64,000 bases of DNA, from NCBI GenBank assembly GCA_038322995.1, contig JBBQGM010000007.1:9391-73390 (forward strand). The letters are read 5' to 3'. The DNA is from Pyrinomonadales bacterium (GTDB taxonomy: Bacteria > Acidobacteriota > Blastocatellia > Pyrinomonadales > Pyrinomonadaceae). The notes beneath the pieces were generated by a model. The model saw only the letters and a list, made by a program, of their open reading frames with translations. It made no database searches and was not told the origin of the DNA. Positions 45,617 through 54,110 of this stretch are shown here, in pieces (positions within the stretch are counted from its first letter, which is position 1; every line of letters starts with the position of its first letter). The translations under genes were made by a program, and so were the position numbers.

Positions 45617-46663
45617 GTGCCCATCCAGGTCTATGATTTCTTTTCGGGGTGTGGCGGTACAAGTGCTGGTTTAAGGGCTTCCGGAATGCAGATAGCCCTC
45701 GGCCTTGATATTGACCCTGACGCACAAGGTACATTTCAAGCTAATTTCCCGGAAGCAGCGTTCATCCATGGAAACATTAGAGAAGTCCAAGCCGAGGCCA
45801 TCGCCCCTTATATAAACCGTGAAGCACATGATCGGCTGCTCTTCTCCTGCTGCGCTCCATGCCAATCATTCTCAATACTAAACAGAAATCGGAATGGCAA
45901 AGATGCCCGGGCTTTGTTGCTCTATGAATTTGCACGTTTTGTTGAGCCCTACCTACCTGAGTTTATTTTTTTAGAAAATGTTCCGGGCGCACAAAATGTC
46001 TCAGGAGAACCGGGACCGTTTACTGACTTCGAGCAGCTACTGAGACTCTTAAATTATAATGTAGCTTATGGAATTATAGAATCGCAGCGTTATGGGGTTC
46101 CTCAACGACGTAAAAGGTTCGTTTTGATAGCTAGCCTGTTAGGCCCCATAGACCTACCTGAAGTTACACATGGGCCGGGAACAACAAATCCAACTTATCC
46201 TACTGTCTGGGAAAGTATCGGTCATTTACCACCTATCGCCGCAGGTGAAACTCATCCGATAATACCGAATCATAGAGCTGCCGGCTTGTCCGAGATTAAT
46301 CTCAGAAGAATAATTGCTACGCCAGAAGGGGGCGGGCGATTAAATTGGCCAGAAGAACTCGTTTTGGATTGTCATGGCGGAGAATACGACGGCCACACAG
46401 ATGTATATGGTCGAATGCGAAAGCATGAGCCAGCCAGTGGTCTGACAACGAGATGTACCAGTCTATCGAACGGGCGTTTCGGACACCCGGAACAGCATAG
46501 GGCTATCAGCGCTCGTGAGGGAGCTTGCTTGCAGACTTTCTCGCAAGATTTTATATTTTCCGGCGGTATTAACTCGATGGCACGTCAGATAGGTAATGCA
46601 GTTCCTGTATTGGTAGCACAGATATTTGGTCAACACTTCATTGCTCACTCTGACCTCTACTAA
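45617..46663 (+). CDS. dcm: DNA (cytosine-5)-methyltransferase
   Basis: All C5-MTase motifs are present in order: I FFSGCGG, IV APCQSFS, VI ENVPG, VIII QRRKRFVLIA, X GNAVPV. GTG start. Confidence 0.92.
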   Translation: MPIQVYDFFSGCGGTSAGLRASGMQIALGLDIDPDAQGTFQANFPEAAFIHGNIREVQAEAIAPYINREAHDRLLFSCCAPCQSFSILNRNRNGKDARALLLYEFARFVEPYLPEFIFLENVPGAQNVSGEPGPFTDFEQLLRLLNYNVAYGIIESQRYGVPQRRKRFVLIASLLGPIDLPEVTHGPGTTNPTYPTVWESIGHLPPIAAGETHPIIPNHRAAGLSEINLRRIIATPEGGGRLNWPEELVLDCHGGEYDGHTDVYGRMRKHEPASGLTTRCTSLSNGRFGHPEQHRAISAREGACLQTFSQDFIFSGGINSMARQIGNAVPVLVAQIFGQHFIAHSDLY

Positions 46664-46680
46664 AAGCAAGGATTATCTCA

Positions 46681-49656
46681 ATGGCCAAATTTAGGGCTCG
46701 TGCTCGAACCGTTGACATGCTCGGTCGTCAACAGATCGCCGGGATACCTACGGCCATTAGCGAATTATTCAAGAACGCACATGATGCTTATGCGGAAAAT
46801 GTAGAAGTAGACTTCTTCCGCTCTGAACACCTTTTTGTCTTGCGAGATAACGGCATAGGTATGACAGAGGAAGAGTTTGTAAGCCGCTGGCTCGCTATTG
46901 GGACCGAGAGCAAATTGGGTGCAGGGATAGGATTATCGCCACCACCGAAACCTTCGGACATTGCTGAACGTCCTATCATGGGAGAAAAGGGTATTGGGCG
47001 GCTTGCAATAGCAGCCATTGGCCCGCAGGTTTTAATTCTCACACGAGCCACCCGCGATGACAAACAGCATGACATTGTCATGTCTTTCATTCACTGGGGG
47101 ATATTTGAGAGTCCCGGGATAAATCTGGATGAAATAGATATACCCGTTGAAGTTTATAAGGAGGGCGAGTTGCCGAGTCGCGATGACGTTCTAGCGATGG
47201 TCGATTTATTCCGCGAGAATATTGACAAGCTAGGCGCATCAATCCAACCTTTATTGGCAGAAAGAATTAATACGGAACTGAAGAGATTCAATGTTGACCC
47301 CCGCACATTGGATGGCTATTTGAGCAAAATAGGTAAGTCGACCCTCACAGGAAAGGGAAAGGGTACCCACTTCCTGATTTTCCCCACGGATGAATCTCTA
47401 ATACCGGATATAGAAGGCGATAGCGACCCTACTGCCCCAGCCCCACCTATAATCAAAACATTGATCGGATTCTCCAATACAATGACGAGCGAGCAACCGC
47501 CTGTTATTGATACGAGTTTTCGTGATCATAATACCCCTGAAGCCTATGTCGATCTAATCACACCTGGAAGTTTTTTCACACCAGAAGAGTTTAAAACGGC
47601 TGACCATCATTTTTCCGGTGAGTTTGATGAGTACGGCCAGTTCTCTGGAAAAGTAACCATTTATAGAGAAGAGCCTGTGCAACATACAATTGCTTGGCCA
47701 GGAGCGAAAGGAGAGAAAACCGAGTGCGGTCGGTTCAAACTCAACTTGGCATATGTGCAGGGCGAACGAGTTGAAAGCCTTTTACCTCAGCAGGATTACG
47801 TCAAGATTATTAGGAAGCTTAATAAGATCGGCGGATTGTATATCTACAAAAATGGAATTCGTGTTCTTCCCTATGGTAGCAGTGATTATGATTTTCTTGA
47901 TTTGGAACAAAGAAGAAGTAAGAAAGCATCCTACTATTATTTCTCATATAGACGAATGTTTGGTTATGTGGAAATAAGCGGAAGTACCAACCCCCAATTA
48001 ATTGAGAAGGCAGGACGCGAGGGCTTTATAGAGAACAAAGCATATAGACAATTCAAGTCGATTTTAAAACACTTCTTCTTACAGATGGCCATCGATTTCT
48101 TCCGTGAAAGCGGAGAACATTCGGATGCATATTATGAAGGCCGAAACGAGCTAACGAGGGCAGAAGCAATTCGCCGAGCACGCGAAAGAAAAGTCAAAGA
48201 AGAGAGAAGAAGTTTTGCCAATACTCTGAATGAATTTTTCTTGCAAGTCGAAGAAGAAGTGCCACAGAAGCAGGCGTCGCAACTGCTTAACACGGTCAGT
48301 AATCAGTTACAAACGATTTCAAATACTAGTGACCAGATACAGGCATCCTCTGCACTTTTGGAGCTTGATGCCAGCTCTCGCAAAAGGGTTGAAGTTTTGC
48401 GAGAGCGTTACAAAATAACAAAGCCGCGCGGATTAGGTCTTACCCCAAAACTTCGCCGAGATTGGGAACTTTGGGCAAAAGAGTCTGGACGGCTCGAAGT
48501 CGACATTTTTCAGCCCACTCAACAAAGAGTAGACTTACTTATAACTGAAGCGGCACATCAACAACGCACGTCCGTCAACCCACAGAAGCGTATCGAGCGC
48601 GCGCTCAAAGAAAGAATTGCCGAAGCTCGTTCAACGGTCAACCATGAAATCAGGGAAACAAAACAAATTATTGAGGATGTTCGAACCCATACACTACAGC
48701 TTATAAATAATAGTGCGGCTCATTTGGAAAGTGTAATAAATGAAGCCCAGAGTGATCTTAATCAGTTGCAAGGCTCTGCTAAGGAAGAGGCATCAATCTT
48801 AGGAGAATATTACAGGTTAGAATCCGAGTTAAGCGAAGCTGCCGAGAGAGAACGACAAGCACTTGAGAATATACGCAAGCAGTTACAAGAAAACATCGGC
48901 GCATCGGTTAGCACCGACGAAGTAATTGAAGCCTTGGAAGAAGAAAATCTAGCCCTTCATGAGAGTGCGAACGCTGATATAGAACTGATACAACTTGGGA
49001 TGGCGGTAGCGGTCATAAACCATGAATTCGAAAGCACGGTTCGTTCGATTCGCAGTAATTTACTGCGACTCAAAGGATGGGCTGATACTAATAAGGAGTT
49101 AAGAGATCTTTACAGACATGTGAGGGCCGACTTCGATCATTTAGATGCCTATTTGGAATTGTTTACTCCTCTTGAGAAGCGTCTATTCCGCAAGAAAGCT
49201 ACAATACGCGGTTCTGATATTGCCAAGTACTTGCGCGATCTATTTGATGAGCGGTTACGCAGAGAGAAGGTCGAAATCCAATCCACCAATAGCTTCTCTC
49301 GGATGTCGTTCTCCGGATATCCTTCAGCCTTCTATCCAGCTTTCGTCAACCTGGTAGATAACGCGATTTTTTGGCTAAAAGATCGGCGCCTCCCGAGAAT
49401 TATAAAGCTAGATCTGATAGGCGGTAGTACGTTTGTAATTTCGGATAATGGCCCGGGCATCCCTGTAAGAGACCGAGAGATGATTTTCGAGCGCGGTTTT
49501 TCGCGCAAGCCGGGGGGCAGAGGGATGGGACTGAAAATTTCACGCGATGTGCTATCCCGAGAAGACTGGGAACTGACCCTAGCCGAATCAAAGCCCGGTG
49601 AAGGAGCCACCTTCCTGATGAAACCCAAGCCCCTGGAGAGAAAGGGGAAAACTTAA
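46681..49656 (+). CDS. dual-ATPase protein: N-terminal GHKL (HATPase_c_3 / MORC-like) module, long coiled coil, C-terminal histidine-kinase transmitter (DHp + HATPase_c)
   Basis: 991 aa. N-terminal Bergerat fold boxes ELFKNAHDA, LRDNGIGM, GEKGIGRLA. Residues ~480-760 are heptad-rich. H-box-like AVAVINHEFESTVRSI, then N-box LVDNAIFW, G1 SDNGPGI, G2 GGRGMGLKISR. Starts 18 nt after dcm. Confidence 0.8.
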   Translation: MAKFRARARTVDMLGRQQIAGIPTAISELFKNAHDAYAENVEVDFFRSEHLFVLRDNGIGMTEEEFVSRWLAIGTESKLGAGIGLSPPPKPSDIAERPIMGEKGIGRLAIAAIGPQVLILTRATRDDKQHDIVMSFIHWGIFESPGINLDEIDIPVEVYKEGELPSRDDVLAMVDLFRENIDKLGASIQPLLAERINTELKRFNVDPRTLDGYLSKIGKSTLTGKGKGTHFLIFPTDESLIPDIEGDSDPTAPAPPIIKTLIGFSNTMTSEQPPVIDTSFRDHNTPEAYVDLITPGSFFTPEEFKTADHHFSGEFDEYGQFSGKVTIYREEPVQHTIAWPGAKGEKTECGRFKLNLAYVQGERVESLLPQQDYVKIIRKLNKIGGLYIYKNGIRVLPYGSSDYDFLDLEQRRSKKASYYYFSYRRMFGYVEISGSTNPQLIEKAGREGFIENKAYRQFKSILKHFFLQMAIDFFRESGEHSDAYYEGRNELTRAEAIRRARERKVKEERRSFANTLNEFFLQVEEEVPQKQASQLLNTVSNQLQTISNTSDQIQASSALLELDASSRKRVEVLRERYKITKPRGLGLTPKLRRDWELWAKESGRLEVDIFQPTQQRVDLLITEAAHQQRTSVNPQKRIERALKERIAEARSTVNHEIRETKQIIEDVRTHTLQLINNSAAHLESVINEAQSDLNQLQGSAKEEASILGEYYRLESELSEAAERERQALENIRKQLQENIGASVSTDEVIEALEEENLALHESANADIELIQLGMAVAVINHEFESTVRSIRSNLLRLKGWADTNKELRDLYRHVRADFDHLDAYLELFTPLEKRLFRKKATIRGSDIAKYLRDLFDERLRREKVEIQSTNSFSRMSFSGYPSAFYPAFVNLVDNAIFWLKDRRLPRIIKLDLIGGSTFVISDNGPGIPVRDREMIFERGFSRKPGGRGMGLKISRDVLSREDWELTLAESKPGEGATFLMKPKPLERKGKT

Positions 49657-49659
49657 CTT

Positions 49660-51453
49660 ATGACCTCACCCTCAGGAACCGACTTCAGACAGCATTCGGA
49701 GAATGTTGCTCGCAGATTCCTTCAAACAGTTGTAGTCGTTGATGATCGCGCTTACTTTGATTGGCCGGAATCAGTCTCCGTGCCTACGACTCCTGTAAAA
49801 TCTCCCGCACGCCCACAGTTTGTCGGAGAAACGACGACAATTATCGAGCCTGAAGAAGAGTCCGACATTACGGATGAAGCAGCTACGGATGAGACTTTAG
49901 ACGAAATAAAGGAACCGATAGTCGAGCAAGCGAGGACTGACGAGGAGACTTCTGAAGATCGAGCCCACGTGTTGGATGCTAAGTACCTGATCGAAAGTTT
50001 CGCCGAACGAGGTATGGCATGTGCGGTTCTTCGACCTAAGAAGTTTGAGGTTGATCAATTAGACAAAAAGGTCTACCCGGTCGCGGAGCGTTCTGACATT
50101 GTGATGTTGGATTGGGTACTACATCAGGATACCGAAGGCAAGAAAGTTACTGAACTCATTGCCGAAATGACGAAAAGGGCATTGGAGCAGCATCGCTTGC
50201 GACTAATAGTCGTATATACGGGCGAACTAAAAATCTTCGACATTGTTGATACCATTTTGGCGGTCTTGAAGAAGGCTGGTGTAAATGATGTTTTGAAGGA
50301 AGATGATTTCACATTGGTGATTGGGTCGGTAAGGATCGTTGTATATGTCAAGAACAACGTTGGCGGGGTGGGTCTAAGCGATGAACTAAGAGGAAGGTTA
50401 GTGCCGGCTGATCAATTACCTGATAGATTGATCAGCGAATTTACGAAAATGACGGCAGGACTTGTATCCAATGTTGCGCTTGATTCGCTTGCTGCGCTAC
50501 GTTCGAACACGCACCGTATACTATCAAAATTCAATGCCGATATAGATGCGCCATTCCTGGCACATCGAGCAATGTTGCCTCATCCGGAAGATGCCAGCGA
50601 TCTACTTGTTCATCTCGTTAGCGGTGAATTAACTGCTGTGCTTGAGGGAAATAAAGTCGGGGTAGCCGCGGATGAGAGTGAGGGGACAGATGTAATCAAG
50701 GCTTGGATAGAGATGAACGAAGCAAGCGGATATGAGTTCGCAAAGCGATTTGCGGTTAAGGAGTCTATTGATGTTTTAGTTCAATTGAATACGTTGCTTC
50801 GCAAGGGTGTCGCTAACGATACATTACTAGGGAAATTCAAGACTTTCAAAAACAACCCTCATCAACGTGAACTGACAGCGCAATTGTGTTCCTCTTCGAA
50901 ATCCGCTTCCGATCTGGACCATGAGTTTGCAGCATTAACAATACTGAAGTCCGACTACCGTTCGGAGTCGAACCTACCTGCCCTTGTTCCCGGAACCTTG
51001 CTAAAGGAGATATCGTCATCGGAAGAGATAGAATCTTCTTTCAAATACTGGGTATGCATACAACCTGTATGCGACTGCGTCAGAATCAAGTCCACAAGAT
51101 CATTTCCCCTTCTCCAATTAGATTTGGTTAATGACAATGGTAAGTTTGATCTTATATTGCCGGATAAAGGAAAGAAATTCGTGAAGGCTCGCGTTATATA
51201 TCGTCCGTATAAATCTCGTTTGGAAGATTTTGATCCGTCCACTGATGGCTCAGAAATGGTACGCGCAGAAGCTCAAAGCGGCGAAATTTATTTTACGGCT
51301 AAGGATGGAACTCGCTATCAATGGCTTGCAGACTTGAAGTTTGAGCCGGCGCAGAGAATAGTCAATAAATATGCATCTGAACTTGCGCGCGTCGGCCTTA
51401 ATGAATCCGAATGGCTGCGTCGGTCGGCCAAAGGCAAAGGGGAGGAAGAATAG
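49660..51453 (+). CDS. atypical receiver (REC-like) domain protein with an acidic insert and an unassigned ~350-aa C-terminal region
   Basis: 597 aa. VVVVDDR (acidic pair), IVMLDWVL (candidate phospho-acceptor Asp) and LIVVYTG (conserved Thr position) are arranged as in CheY-like receivers. The ~70-aa Glu/Asp/Thr-rich insert is unusual. No motif is recognised in the C-terminal part. Starts 4 nt after the kinase stop. Confidence 0.65.
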   Translation: MTSPSGTDFRQHSENVARRFLQTVVVVDDRAYFDWPESVSVPTTPVKSPARPQFVGETTTIIEPEEESDITDEAATDETLDEIKEPIVEQARTDEETSEDRAHVLDAKYLIESFAERGMACAVLRPKKFEVDQLDKKVYPVAERSDIVMLDWVLHQDTEGKKVTELIAEMTKRALEQHRLRLIVVYTGELKIFDIVDTILAVLKKAGVNDVLKEDDFTLVIGSVRIVVYVKNNVGGVGLSDELRGRLVPADQLPDRLISEFTKMTAGLVSNVALDSLAALRSNTHRILSKFNADIDAPFLAHRAMLPHPEDASDLLVHLVSGELTAVLEGNKVGVAADESEGTDVIKAWIEMNEASGYEFAKRFAVKESIDVLVQLNTLLRKGVANDTLLGKFKTFKNNPHQRELTAQLCSSSKSASDLDHEFAALTILKSDYRSESNLPALVPGTLLKEISSSEEIESSFKYWVCIQPVCDCVRIKSTRSFPLLQLDLVNDNGKFDLILPDKGKKFVKARVIYRPYKSRLEDFDPSTDGSEMVRAEAQSGEIYFTAKDGTRYQWLADLKFEPAQRIVNKYASELARVGLNESEWLRRSAKGKGEEE

Positions 51454-51456
51454 CCC

Positions 51457-51885
51457 GTGCCAGATATTATGACGCCTGCTCAACGTAGTAGAGCAATGTC
51501 AATGGTGCGGAGTAAGGATACCGGAATAGAAAAGTTTGTGCGTTCGGAGTTGCATCGCAAAGGATTTCGATTCAGGAAGAATGTTGCATCACTTCCAGGC
51601 CGCCCGGATATTGTGCTGCCTAAGTATCGCACTATTGTATTCGTACATGGCTGCTTCTGGCATGGTCATGAAAACTGCAAAGCCTCAAAGCTACCGGAGA
51701 CTAGGCGCGATTTTTGGGAACGAAAGATTTTCGGCAATATAGAGCGTGATGCAAAGCATGTTAAAGCATTGAAGGACGATGGATGGAAAGTTCTGACTAT
51801 TTGGGAGTGTACCCTAAAGTACAAAAATATTAGTGATAAAGTAACCGCCGTCGAAGCGCTTACGGAGAACATAAAAGTCAACTGA
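51457..51885 (+). CDS. vsr: very short patch repair (T:G mismatch) endonuclease
   Basis: 142 aa. TPAQRSRAMSMVRSKDTGIEKFVR, GRPDIVLPKYRTIVFVHGCFWHGHENC, FWERKI..N..RD are hallmark Vsr blocks. The start may be ATG 51469. Confidence 0.92.
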   Translation: MPDIMTPAQRSRAMSMVRSKDTGIEKFVRSELHRKGFRFRKNVASLPGRPDIVLPKYRTIVFVHGCFWHGHENCKASKLPETRRDFWERKIFGNIERDAKHVKALKDDGWKVLTIWECTLKYKNISDKVTAVEALTENIKVN

Positions 51886-51930
51886 TTATTTAGTACTGGA
51901 ATTTTAAAATAAGCCGGAACACATCCGCAT

Positions 51931-52629
51931 ATGGACCCACGCAAGCTATTTGTTGATGAAAGGTTAACGGGAATTTGTGTTTATTGTGGTGCCGCACCGA
52001 ATACGCGCGACCATGTCCCATCCCGGGTACTTTTGGATGAGCCTTTTCCGGCAAACTTGCCGGTGGTTGATGCATGTCGAAGTTGCAATGATAACTTTTC
52101 GCAAGACGAAGAGTATGTGGCCTGCCTTATTGAATGTGTTATTTGTGGGACAACAGAGCCGAATAGCGTTAAGAGGGATAAAATCAAGAGGATATTGAAT
52201 GACCGCTCTTTGATAGCAGCGAGAATACGAGAGAGTTGCAACGAAGATGCCACCGGCAATCTGTCGTGGCAGGCTGATATAGTACGAGTTCGGAATGTTA
52301 TTCTGAAGCTAGCTCGCGGACATCTAGCCTTCGATTTGAATGTTTGTCACTTCGAAGCTCCAAATGTTCTTGAATTCGTGCCTCTTGTGACTATGTCGCA
52401 GGAGGAGATCAATTCATTTGAACAGTCACAGGAAGAACAAAGCGCGCTTTTTCCTGAAATCGGCAGTCGTGCTTTCATCTCGATGTGGAAGTCTACAGGT
52501 GCCGAATGGCATGATTGGCGCGAAGTGCAGACCGGAAGGTATCGTTATCGTGTCGAGCAATCTTTAGATGGTGACAAAGTGCAATTCGTAATAAGTGAAT
52601 ATCTTGCTTGTAAACTGATCTGGATCTAG
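51931..52629 (+). CDS. HNH-type (beta-beta-alpha-Me) nuclease-domain protein
   Basis: 232 aa. CVYCG-N7-DHVPSRV-N17-CRSCNDNF has the CxxC...DH...CxxCN arrangement of zinc-stabilised HNH nucleases. The C-terminal two thirds are unassigned. Confidence 0.6.
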   Translation: MDPRKLFVDERLTGICVYCGAAPNTRDHVPSRVLLDEPFPANLPVVDACRSCNDNFSQDEEYVACLIECVICGTTEPNSVKRDKIKRILNDRSLIAARIRESCNEDATGNLSWQADIVRVRNVILKLARGHLAFDLNVCHFEAPNVLEFVPLVTMSQEEINSFEQSQEEQSALFPEIGSRAFISMWKSTGAEWHDWREVQTGRYRYRVEQSLDGDKVQFVISEYLACKLIWI

Positions 52630-52828
52630 ATCCCACCTGTGTAACCAGAGACACCAACTGTTTTCCTTAATCTCAGTGTTAGCTTTTTTCTACGCCTACT
52701 GAGAATTCCATAAATCATACTTGCTTGAACTGCGATTAGAGCAAGCTATTTTGCCTGAAGAGGCGATCTCTTTGTTCATACTACCTATTAATCCAATTTG
52801 CCTGTAATGACGTTTGTTAGAGGGGAAG

Positions 52829-52895
52829 ATTTCCAAGGTCTATTGTGTTATTTCAAACGACTTTGGTGTATTTCAGAGGACTTTGGTTTTTAGTA
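52829..52895 (-). repeat. transposon end B: terminal IR plus three abutting putative TnsB-binding repeats
   Basis: Read on the minus strand: ACCAAAGTCCTCTGAAAT (52887-52870), ACCAAAGTCGTTTGAAAT (52867-52850), ACAATAGACCTTGGAAAT (52846-52829). The 20-21 bp spacing is tighter than at end A. Confidence 0.75.
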
Positions 52896-54106
52896 CCTGC
52901 CGCGCGCGTGAGTTGCGCGACCGATTCGACGTGGTGCGTCTGGGGAAACATATCAAATGCGGCGAGAGAGTCAAGGTGGTAACCGCCCTCGGCTAGGACG
53001 CGCAGGTCGCGCGCGAGCGTGGCCGGATCGCAGGAGACGTAGGCGATGCGTTGCGGGCGCAAGGCGAGGATGCCGCGAAGCACTTCAGGCTCTGCGCCAG
53101 CGCGCGGCGGATCGAGGAGGACGAGCGCGCCGGGCGCGTGTTGGGCGGCGTGGCGTGTGAGCCACGGGCCGACGAGCGAGGTGTGGACGCGGGCGTTGGC
53201 GAGTTGCGCGTCCACGAGGTTGCGGCGCGCGTAGGCGCAGGCGCGCGGGTTCGCTTCGATGGCGGTGACGCGCGTGAAGCGGCGCGCGAGCGGCAAGGTG
53301 AAGAGGCCGACGCCGCAGTAGAGATCAATGGCGGATGTGCCGTGTGTGTCACCGAGCGCGTGGCTGACGAGCGGCGCGAGCAGCGCATGATTGATCTGGA
53401 AAAAACAGTCGGCGTCGAAGTGGTAACGCTCGCCCGCGATGACACGCAGGCGCTCATGCTTATCTTCATCATCAACTGGTGGCGCAAGCGAGACGCCGTC
53501 GTCACCGGCGACGGCCTGATATTCTTGCGCGGCGTGCGGCAGCGTGGCTGCGGCCATGCGCGTGCGCAGCCGCGTGAGCGTGGTTTGCACTTCGGGCAGC
53601 ACGACCGGGCACGCGGCCACGTCGCAGACGCGATGCGAAGCCAGTTCGTAATAGCCGAAGCGTTGCCCTGCCGCGTCATGTTGCCAGCGGGCGCGCGAAC
53701 GATAGTGCCAAGCGTCGGGCGCGGGCGTGATGGGGATGTCGGCGGGTGGCGCGAGCCGCGCGATGCGGCGCAGACAGTCGCGGATGCTCTCGACCTTCGC
53801 GGCGAGTTGCGCTTCGTAGGTCAACTGTTGAAAGTCGCAACCGCCGCAGCGGCCGAAGTAAGGACACGGCGGCTCGATGCGCGCGGGGCCGGGCGTGAGA
53901 ATTTCCACCGGCGCGGCAAATGCAACCCCGCCCCGCATGCGCTCGACGCGGACGCGCAGTTGATCGCCGGGCGTGGCCAGCGTGACGAACAGCGTGCGCC
54001 CATGCGCGTGCGCCAGCCCCGCACCGCCCGGCACGAGGCGTTCGATCTCGACCTCCAACAGATCGCCGACGCGCAGAGGTGGGTGCGTATGCGCTTGCTT
54101 GCTCAT
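52853..54106 (-). CDS. rlmD: TRAM/4Fe-4S RNA (uracil-C5)-methyltransferase, RumA/RlmD family; last 13 codons and stop supplied by the transposon end
   Basis: 417 aa. N-terminal TRAM-like beta barrel, cluster cysteines CPYFGRCGGCDFQQL, SAM fold DLYCGVGLF, LLDPPRAGAE, YVSCDPATLARD. Residues TKNQSPLKYTKVV-stop (52853-52894) are encoded inside the element. Confidence 0.8.
   Translation of the reverse strand: MSKQAHTHPPLRVGDLLEVEIERLVPGGAGLAHAHGRTLFVTLATPGDQLRVRVERMRGGVAFAAPVEILTPGPARIEPPCPYFGRCGGCDFQQLTYEAQLAAKVESIRDCLRRIARLAPPADIPITPAPDAWHYRSRARWQHDAAGQRFGYYELASHRVCDVAACPVVLPEVQTTLTRLRTRMAAATLPHAAQEYQAVAGDDGVSLAPPVDDEDKHERLRVIAGERYHFDADCFFQINHALLAPLVSHALGDTHGTSAIDLYCGVGLFTLPLARRFTRVTAIEANPRACAYARRNLVDAQLANARVHTSLVGPWLTRHAAQHAPGALVLLDPPRAGAEPEVLRGILALRPQRIAYVSCDPATLARDLRVLAEGGYHLDSLAAFDMFPQTHHVESVAQLTRAAGTKNQSPLKYTKVV
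52896..52900. repeat. target-site duplication copy 2 (CCTGC)
   Basis: See 30343-30347. Confidence 0.85.
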
Positions 54107-54110
54107 AGGT

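Larger units (their letters stand above)
30348..52895 (+). mobile_element. Tn7-like transposon (22,548 bp) carrying tniQ-tnsA-tnsB-tnsC, a second tniQ and three cargo blocks
   Basis: Abrupt drop in G+C. 19-bp perfect terminal inverted repeats (TACTAAAAACCAAAGTCCT). Repeated ACCAAAGTC-N3-KRAAAT motifs at both ends. 5-bp direct repeat CCTGC. TnsA/TnsB/TnsC/TniQ homologues are present. Removing the element plus one CCTGC copy restores an uninterrupted methyltransferase 3' end (...LTRAAGPAG-stop). Confidence 0.88.

Noticed and set aside
52853-52894. The 13-residue C-terminal tail of the methyltransferase (TKNQSPLKYTKVV) as a genuine conserved extension
   Set aside because: It is encoded entirely by the transposon terminal repeat. 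The reconstructed pre-insertion sequence ends ...AAGPAG-stop.
30348-52895. Possibility that the Tn7-like element is a CRISPR-associated transposon (CAST), given the presence of tniQ
   Set aside because: I scanned every intergenic stretch of the island and found no regularly spaced direct repeats. No ORF has Cas-like size or motifs (no Cas12k, Cas6/7/8). The TniQ proteins have TnsD-like zinc fingers and HTH-like tails, which fits protein-guided targeting.
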